Virus record (IMG/VR): IMGVR_UViG_3300034069_000443
Span: 1-30,547 of that record
Length of the DNA stretch: 30,547 bases
Reading direction: 5' to 3' (one strand)
DNA from: a virus
Part shown: one piece after another, positions 24,639 to 30,547 of the stretch
Numbering within the stretch: the stretch's first letter is position 1
How the letters are laid out: each line of letters begins with the position of its first letter
Position numbers and translations under genes: made by a program
Notes under the pieces: generated by a model
What the model saw: the letters and a program-made list of their open reading frames with translations, nothing else
Told to the model about the DNA's origin: nothing
Databases searched by the model: none

Positions 24639-26312
24639 ATGAATTATATCCAGCAATACTACGACGAAATAGAATCCGGTAAGATTATTACGTCTAAGAA
24701 AGTAGCCGCTGTATATAAATATCTTGTCTACCATTTAAAAGATGATACATCACCTTATACATATAACAACGATAAAGCATTACACGTTATTAGCTTCATC
24801 GAATCATTTTGTAAGCATGGCGAAGGTAAGTTAGCCGGTAAACCTTTTATCCTTGAATTATGGCAAAAAGCGTTATTATCGGCATTATTCGGATTCGTCG
24901 ATAAGAAGACTGGGTATCGTCAATTTAGAGAATTAATATTAATCGTAGCCCGAAAGAATGGTAAATCTGTATTCGCTTCAGCTATTGCCCTATATCTTTT
25001 ATATGCCGATAAAGAAGCTGGGGCGCAATTATACAGCGCAGCTACTAAAAAAGACCAAGCAAAAATAATATGGGAATCCGCTAAGAAGATGATAAATAAG
25101 TCGCCCGAATTGAAACGTCATGCCAAGATATATATTAGTGAAATCAAATGTGATATAGGCGAAGGCATATTTAAACCGCTATCATCTGAATCTAATACAT
25201 TAGACGGATTAAATGTACATGCTAGTTTTATAGACGAATTACACGCTATCAAAGATAAAAACTTATACGACGTATTAGTCGACGGAATGTCAGCACGTAC
25301 GCAGCCTTTATCAGTTATAACTTCGACTTCCGGTATGATTCGCGATAATATCTATGATTTAAAATACGATGAATGTACCCGTATTATTAATAGATTCTTA
25401 CAAGATGATTTTACCGATACGACAATTCTACCAATCGTATACGAATTAGATAACCGAAATGAAATCGATGCCCCTGAAAACTGGTTAAAAGCGAATCCGA
25501 ATCTAGGCGTATCAAAGCAGATATCATACCTAGAAAATAAGGTACAAGCTGCAAAAGACGATAATAGACATTTACCGAATCTACTATGTAAAGACTTTAA
25601 CATTCCAGTTAATGGGAATACTGCTTACTTCGATATCGATACGATTATTAATACCGATACTTTTGATATGGAAGAATTAAGAAATTGCTACTATATCGGC
25701 GGCTGGGATTTATCTCAACAAATCGACTTAACATCGGCTTGTATGCTGTTTAAAAAAGCGTCTTCCGATATCATATACGTTAAATCGATGTACTTTATTC
25801 CGGAAGATCGCTTAGCCGAATATGAAGCCCGCGACGATAAACCATATACAGCCTGGTACAATCAAGGACTATTAAGACTTACGAAAGGTAAGAATATTAA
25901 TCCTATGGATATATTAGATTGGTACGTTGAAATGCAAAACACATACGGCGTATTTCCTTTTAAATTCGGATATGACGCATGGGGTAGCGCCCAATTAACG
26001 GAAGGGCTTCAAATGCAATACGGAAAAGACATATGCGAAGAAGTACGCCAGGGCAAGAAAACCCTTTCTATTCCTATGCAACGTATTAAAAATGATATCG
26101 AAGATAAGTTAATTAACTATAATAACAATCCTATAACTATATGGAATTTAGCTTGCGTCGAAGCCGATACAGATATTAACGGCAATATCCAGCCGGCTAA
26201 GAATCGCAATAAAAACGGCATTAGGATAGACGGATTCGCCGCCTTACTTAATGCGTATACTATTTATTTAAACAATCAAGAAGATTATTCGTATATGAAT
26301 CTATCTTACTAG
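24639..26312 (+). CDS. terL: terminase large subunit (Terminase_1-like)
   Basis: 557 aa. GKPFILELWQK..., Walker A-like VARKNGKS, LYSAATKKDQAKIIWE, and C-terminal nuclease-region motifs. Confidence 0.9.
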   Translation: MNYIQQYYDEIESGKIITSKKVAAVYKYLVYHLKDDTSPYTYNNDKALHVISFIESFCKHGEGKLAGKPFILELWQKALLSALFGFVDKKTGYRQFRELILIVARKNGKSVFASAIALYLLYADKEAGAQLYSAATKKDQAKIIWESAKKMINKSPELKRHAKIYISEIKCDIGEGIFKPLSSESNTLDGLNVHASFIDELHAIKDKNLYDVLVDGMSARTQPLSVITSTSGMIRDNIYDLKYDECTRIINRFLQDDFTDTTILPIVYELDNRNEIDAPENWLKANPNLGVSKQISYLENKVQAAKDDNRHLPNLLCKDFNIPVNGNTAYFDIDTIINTDTFDMEELRNCYYIGGWDLSQQIDLTSACMLFKKASSDIIYVKSMYFIPEDRLAEYEARDDKPYTAWYNQGLLRLTKGKNINPMDILDWYVEMQNTYGVFPFKFGYDAWGSAQLTEGLQMQYGKDICEEVRQGKKTLSIPMQRIKNDIEDKLINYNNNPITIWNLACVEADTDINGNIQPAKNRNKNGIRIDGFAALLNAYTIYLNNQEDYSYMNLSY

Positions 26313-26333
26313 TTTATCTATTAATTAAAAGAA

Positions 26334-27557
26334 ATGGATTTTATGAGTACTGAAAAAATTAAAGACTTACTATCTAACACCGAAACAATGACATTCCTAG
26401 ATTTCTTTTCTGGGATAGGTGGATTTCATTCAGGACTAGAAAAAGCAGGAATGAAATGTATAGGCTGGTGCGAATTTGATAAATTCGCCCAAAAATCTTA
26501 TAACGCAATGTATGATACGGAAGGATTATATTTTAGTGATGACATTAGAAAATGCAACGGAAAAGAATTACCAAAATCAGATTTATGGGCCTTTGGATTC
26601 CCATGTCAAGATATCTCAATCGCAGGAAACCAACGCGGAATTAAAGAAGGTACAAGATCCGGACTCTTCTTCGAAGTTATGCGACTTCTTGACGAAATCG
26701 AAAACCCCGAAGATAAACCCAAATGGCTTATCGCTGAAAATGTTAAAAACTTACTATCAATCGATAAAGGACACGGATTCTATACCGTACTTAGTGAAAT
26801 GGCAAAGCGAGGGTACACTTGCGAATGGAAAATTTACAACACAAAAAACTACGGACTTCCTCAAAATAGAGAAAGAGTGTACATTATTGGATATTATGGA
26901 AACCCAGGTACCAGAAGCCTACTACCTAAACCAAGACAAAGTAAATCAACTCTTAACCAGATTATCCCTGGACACCAAGGAAACCGAGTTTACGACGCCG
27001 AAGGAATAGCCCCAACATTAATGGCACAAGGCGGTACACAAACTTCCTTGTATAAACTTCCTTCTAGTGGTATCCATAACTTCGGAAAATCTTCAGCATA
27101 TGAAAATAATAATACTGTATGGGCAACTGGTAACGCGCGTACTTTAACAGCTTCCGACTATAAACACGTACCCCAAGTAGCCGTACAGATTAAAAACGCT
27201 ACTGATAAAGGTTACGTCGATACTTATATCGGCGACGGAATCGATTTAAGTTACGTTAATTCAAAGACTAAACGCGGAAGGGTACAACCTCAACAAAGTC
27301 AAACCCTAACAGTTAGCGGAAGTATCGGCGTACTTGTAAATACTGATCCGATTCAAATTAGAAAATTAACACCTAGAGAGTACTGGCGATTACAAGGATT
27401 TACAGACGCCCAATATGACGCGGCCGCAGAAGTTAATTCTAAAAGCCAATTATATAAGCAGGCTGGAAATGCTGTTACTGTAAACGTCGTAGAAGCTATC
27501 GGAAATCATATCGTAGAAACAAATCAACATTTATTAGATGATTTGTCTATTAATTAA
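26334..27557 (+). CDS. DNA (cytosine-5)-methyltransferase
   Basis: Motif I FLDFFSGIGG, IV GFPCQDIS, VI AENVKNL, VIII QNRERVYIIG, IX RKLTPREYWRLQGF, X YKQAGNAV. Start could be 26343. Confidence 0.9.
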   Translation: MDFMSTEKIKDLLSNTETMTFLDFFSGIGGFHSGLEKAGMKCIGWCEFDKFAQKSYNAMYDTEGLYFSDDIRKCNGKELPKSDLWAFGFPCQDISIAGNQRGIKEGTRSGLFFEVMRLLDEIENPEDKPKWLIAENVKNLLSIDKGHGFYTVLSEMAKRGYTCEWKIYNTKNYGLPQNRERVYIIGYYGNPGTRSLLPKPRQSKSTLNQIIPGHQGNRVYDAEGIAPTLMAQGGTQTSLYKLPSSGIHNFGKSSAYENNNTVWATGNARTLTASDYKHVPQVAVQIKNATDKGYVDTYIGDGIDLSYVNSKTKRGRVQPQQSQTLTVSGSIGVLVNTDPIQIRKLTPREYWRLQGFTDAQYDAAAEVNSKSQLYKQAGNAVTVNVVEAIGNHIVETNQHLLDDLSIN

Positions 27558-27574
27558 AAGAAAGAATATAAACC

Positions 27575-27733
27575 ATGCTAGATATTATCTATTTCTTAAT
27601 TATCATCATCTTAATATTTATTATAGCTAGATTCATGTTACCGCTATTAATTGGATTATTGATATTATTGGCGGCAAGTATTCGTTATATCTATATTAAT
27701 TTGAAATCTAAACTAAAAAAGGTGCGTAAATAA
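27575..27733 (+). CDS. small hydrophobic membrane peptide (below the ORF-track cut-off)
   Basis: 52 aa MLDIIYFLIIIILIFIIARFMLPLLIGLLILLAASIRYIYINLKSKLKKVRK. Stop overlaps the portal ATG (TAATG). No clear RBS. Confidence 0.35.
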   Translation: MLDIIYFLIIIILIFIIARFMLPLLIGLLILLAASIRYIYINLKSKLKKVRK

Positions 27734-28926
27734 TGGAATTACGAAATCTATTATCTACTATCTTCGGCAATAATAAACCGCCTATTAATTTAGAAAATGC
27801 GCAGCTAATTAATTCGTTTAATAGCTTAATCACTAACTATAATTCAGAAATCTATAACGATTTAACAGTTAGATCATGCGTCGACACTATCGCGCGCCAC
27901 GTATCTAAATTAAAACCGGTACATATTATAAAAGACGAAGACGGAAGACATTTACAAAATACTACTATTAATAGCCTTCTTAATAGTAGACCAAACATCT
28001 ATATGAATACGGCGGATTTCCTTTATAAAGTTACTAGCCAACTATTATATTATGGAAATGCTTTTATCTTTTTACAAAAAGATACACAAAACAATATCAT
28101 CGGCTTCTATCCGATTGACTTCGCTACGTGTGAGTTAAAGGAAGTTAATAATGCTTTATATCTAAAGTTTAACTTTTACACCGGTAAAACTATCGCCGTA
28201 CCTTATACCGATATTATTCATATCAGACGTAACTTTTCATCTCATGACTTTTTAGGTCAAGACGCATACCAACCATTACAAGAAACTTTATCTAATCTTT
28301 TTAAAGCAAGACGAAGCATTTCGAATAAAGTAGAAAATTCCGGAAAGATTTCCGGCGTACTAAAGATTAAAGGTAACGTAGGTCAAGAAAACTGGATCAC
28401 ACAAGCTAAAACATTCGCTAAGAATTTTATGTCTTTTACAAACGATACGGGCGGTATAGCTGCTGTAGATTCTTCTACTGATTTCGTACCGATTACGAAT
28501 AAAGTAGAATCCGCCGAGGATACGCAGTTAAAATACCTTCAATCGGAAGTATATTCTTATTTCGGTTTAACGGAAGCTATCGTATCCGGTAACTATACAG
28601 AAACAGAATGGCAAGCCTTCTATGAATCTATTATCGAATCGATTAAGATTCAGCTTAGCCAAGAATTTACAGCTAAGGTATTTACAGACCAGGAAAGAAA
28701 GTACGGCAATCTTATCGATTTTAATTCGAATCGTTTAACGTACGCGTCTACGGCGAATAAGGTATCTATGGTTAAAGAGTTAGGGGCATTAGGTTTACTT
28801 ACTACAAACGAAGCCCGCGAATTGTTTGACTTACCGCCGGTAGAAGACGGCGATAGACGCTTAGTATCCTTGAATTATATTAATGCTGATAAAGCCGACG
28901 AATACCAATTAAAAGAAAAGGAATAA
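27733..28926 (+). CDS. portal protein (HK97 family-like)
   Basis: 397 aa. Lies between terminase and prohead protease. NSRPNIYMNTADFLYKVTSQLLYYGNAFIF pattern. Confidence 0.85.
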   Translation: MELRNLLSTIFGNNKPPINLENAQLINSFNSLITNYNSEIYNDLTVRSCVDTIARHVSKLKPVHIIKDEDGRHLQNTTINSLLNSRPNIYMNTADFLYKVTSQLLYYGNAFIFLQKDTQNNIIGFYPIDFATCELKEVNNALYLKFNFYTGKTIAVPYTDIIHIRRNFSSHDFLGQDAYQPLQETLSNLFKARRSISNKVENSGKISGVLKIKGNVGQENWITQAKTFAKNFMSFTNDTGGIAAVDSSTDFVPITNKVESAEDTQLKYLQSEVYSYFGLTEAIVSGNYTETEWQAFYESIIESIKIQLSQEFTAKVFTDQERKYGNLIDFNSNRLTYASTANKVSMVKELGALGLLTTNEARELFDLPPVEDGDRRLVSLNYINADKADEYQLKEKE

Positions 28927-28932
28927 TATATA

Positions 28933-29490
28933 ATGCTAGAAATTAGAAGCGCGGAAGAATCCGTATTAGAAACTAAAGAAGATATGTTTATCGCTGGCTA
29001 TGCCCTTGTATTTAATAGTCCTACGCTTATCGGATCTATTAACGATACAAATTATTACGAAGTTATCGAAACATACGCCCTTGATAATTGTGATTTAACA
29101 GATATCGTACTTCGTTATAATCACGACGATAAGACGCAATTATTAGCGCGTACATCAAATAATACGTTATCTGTTAAAGTCGACGATATCGGACTATATA
29201 TCGAAGCGACTATCGCTAATACAACTACGGGGCGCGATATCTACGAATTGATTAAACGCGGCGACATTTCTAAAATGTCTTTCGGCTTTATCGTCGATAA
29301 GGATTCTTATAAGGGTAATACCCGTCATATTGAATCTATTAAAGCGATTAAAGACGTATCCGTAGTCGATTTCCCGGCATACGATGATACATCGGTACAA
29401 GCTATCTACCGAAACTTTAAACAAATTCAAGAAGAAGCCGAAACCAATCATCTACGCGAAGCGCTTAAAGCCGTACTTTTAACGGATTAA
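28933..29490 (+). CDS. prohead maturation protease (HK97 / S78 family-like)
   Basis: 185 aa. FIAGYALVFNSPT..., LRYNHD...LLAR, GRDIYELIKRGDISKMSFGF pattern. Confidence 0.85.
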   Translation: MLEIRSAEESVLETKEDMFIAGYALVFNSPTLIGSINDTNYYEVIETYALDNCDLTDIVLRYNHDDKTQLLARTSNNTLSVKVDDIGLYIEATIANTTTGRDIYELIKRGDISKMSFGFIVDKDSYKGNTRHIESIKAIKDVSVVDFPAYDDTSVQAIYRNFKQIQEEAETNHLREALKAVLLTD

Positions 29491-29529
29491 TACGCTTATA
29501 TAGTAGAAGGTTAATATCAAAAATAAACT

Positions 29530-29558
29530 AGTGCTATCTTATCAGGTGGCACTTTTTT
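29530..29558 (+). terminator. hairpin plus T-run between protease and capsid genes
   Basis: 9-bp stem AGTGCTATC / GGTGGCACT (two G-U pairs), 6-nt loop, followed by TTTTT. Confidence 0.45.
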
Positions 29559-29608
29559 AGTACTATTTTTTCTTTTATTTAAAAGATGAAAGGCACATAA
29601 TGGCAAGA

Positions 29609-30547
29609 ATTGACGAAATTAACGCCCGAAAAGTTGAAATCCGTAGTCTTATCGATTCCGCGGATATGGAAACTTTAAAAGCATTTCAAACTGAATTAGC
29701 TAGCCTCAACGAAGAAGCCGAAGAATTACGCGCCCGCGAAGAAGTAGCTAAACAATTAGAAACTAATAACAATCTAGGAAATTCTATTAATTTAAAAGGA
29801 CAACACGAAATGACAAATCCAACATTCGAATCTCAAGAATATCGTTCCGCTTTTATGGAATATGTAACTAAAGGTACTGAAATTCCTCAAGAATTTCGCG
29901 CAGCTGCTACATCTGTAACCGCAGATAACTACGCCGTAATCCCTACGACTGTACTTAATGAAATCGTAACTAAACTAGAAGCATACGGCGATATCTTGCC
30001 ACGCGTACGCCGTGTATCTTATCCCGCTGGTGTAACTGTACCGGCTTCCGCTACTAAATTCGAAGCAGTATGGCAAAATGAAAACGCTGTAGGCGATTCC
30101 CAAAAGATGACAACTGCTTCTATCTCCTTTACTGCTTATCAACTTCGTTGTAACGCTGGCGTATCCTTCCAAATGGACGTACGCAGCCTTGCAGCCTTCG
30201 AATCCGCATTAGTTAAAAATGTAGTCGACGCTATGGGTAAAGCACTAGAAAAAGCTATCGTATCCGGTACTGGCGTAGGTCAACCGACTGGCATTACAGC
30301 AGCTACACCAGCAGCAAAAGTAGACGCTACAGCTTGCGACTATGCGACTTTGGTAAAAGCAGTAAAAGCCGTACCGACTGCATATAAAAAAGATTTTGTA
30401 TTTATTATGAATGAAGGTACAGCCCTTAACTTCGCTACTATGGTAGACAAAAACGGACAACCTATTATTAACGCTGGTATCGTGCAAGCCCCTCAATATC
30501 GCTTCTTAGGTCATGACGTAGTATTAACAGACGCTTTACCAGACTTC
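29609..30547 (+). CDS. major capsid protein, N-terminal part (continues at 1-333; start uncertain)
   Basis: The frame is open from 29600 to the window end and continues into 1-333. N-terminal coiled-coil region (..LKAFQTELASLNEEAEELRAREEVAKQLE). First in-frame starts are TTG 29609, TTG 29633 and ATG 29666. The RBS-linked ATG 29599 is in another frame. Confidence 0.8.
   Translation, partial: MDEINARKVEIRSLIDSADMETLKAFQTELASLNEEAEELRAREEVAKQLETNNNLGNSINLKGQHEMTNPTFESQEYRSAFMEYVTKGTEIPQEFRAAATSVTADNYAVIPTTVLNEIVTKLEAYGDILPRVRRVSYPAGVTVPASATKFEAVWQNENAVGDSQKMTTASISFTAYQLRCNAGVSFQMDVRSLAAFESALVKNVVDAMGKALEKAIVSGTGVGQPTGITAATPAAKVDATACDYATLVKAVKAVPTAYKKDFVFIMNEGTALNFATMVDKNGQPIINAGIVQAPQYRFLGHDVVLTDALPDF
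30407..30547. repeat. 141-bp terminal overlap identical to 1-141 (circular closure)
   Basis: Base-for-base comparison of both ends. Confidence 0.95.

Noticed and set aside
24537-25603. Minus-strand ORFs 24537-24734 and 25352-25603 in the terminase genes
   Set aside because: They are antisense shadow ORFs.
26476-27009. Plus-strand alternative-frame 177-aa ORF inside the methyltransferase gene
   Set aside because: All conserved Dcm motifs lie in the other frame. This frame has no recognisable motif or RBS.
29638-29646. Programmed +1 frameshift at AUC CCG UAG as the favoured explanation for the capsid start anomaly
   Set aside because: The P-site tRNA-Pro cannot re-pair from CCG to CGU, and there is no obvious stimulatory element. 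An indel in the C-run or a TTG start is more parsimonious. It is kept only as a minor alternative in the finding.
29194-30496. Minus-strand ORFs 29194-29451, 29975-30172 and 30245-30496 in the protease and capsid genes
   Set aside because: They are antisense shadow ORFs, Cys/Ser-rich and low complexity.

Overview
This window is a complete, circularly closed phage genome. Bases 30407-30547 repeat bases 1-141 exactly, so the unique length is 30406 bp. It is AT-rich and encodes a contractile tail.

Late operon (plus strand), running 23493 -> contig junction -> 15605:
- HNH endonuclease, P27-type small terminase and large terminase.
- An inserted C5-cytosine methyltransferase.
- Portal, HK97-type prohead protease and major capsid (split by the contig junction), then connector/neck proteins.
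- A PBSX/Xkd-type tail module: sheath, tube, XkdN-like chaperone with a -1 frameshift extension, tape measure, XkdP/Q/R/S/T/U-position baseplate genes, a tail fibre, a collagen-repeat fibre, and XkdW/XkdX-position ORFs.
- A lysis cassette: XhlA-like protein, holin, Amidase_3 endolysin and a membrane-anchored ORF.

Control/maintenance region (the remaining ~8 kb):
- An XRE-type HTH gene (-).
- ParA plus a putative RHH centromere-binding protein (+).
- A minus-strand early operon ending in an AEP primase-polymerase / CHC2 zinc-finger replication protein.

I saw no integrase, recombinase, transposase, reverse transcriptase, tRNA, rRNA or CRISPR array. That points to a plasmid-like prophage.

Most worth a second look:
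- Two large ORF-free blocks. 15606-16990 holds a hairpin-dense, GC-elevated segment, a promoter/terminator-bounded small RNA flanked by an 18-bp perfect inverted repeat, and a duplicated promoter cassette. 22276-23492 holds two 149-bp repeats with order-swapped hairpins, palindromes and GC-rich inverted repeats.
- A frame anomaly at the capsid start.
- A terminator in the leader of the late operon.

All family names come from motif and synteny recognition by eye. No searches or computations were run, and GC content was judged visually only.
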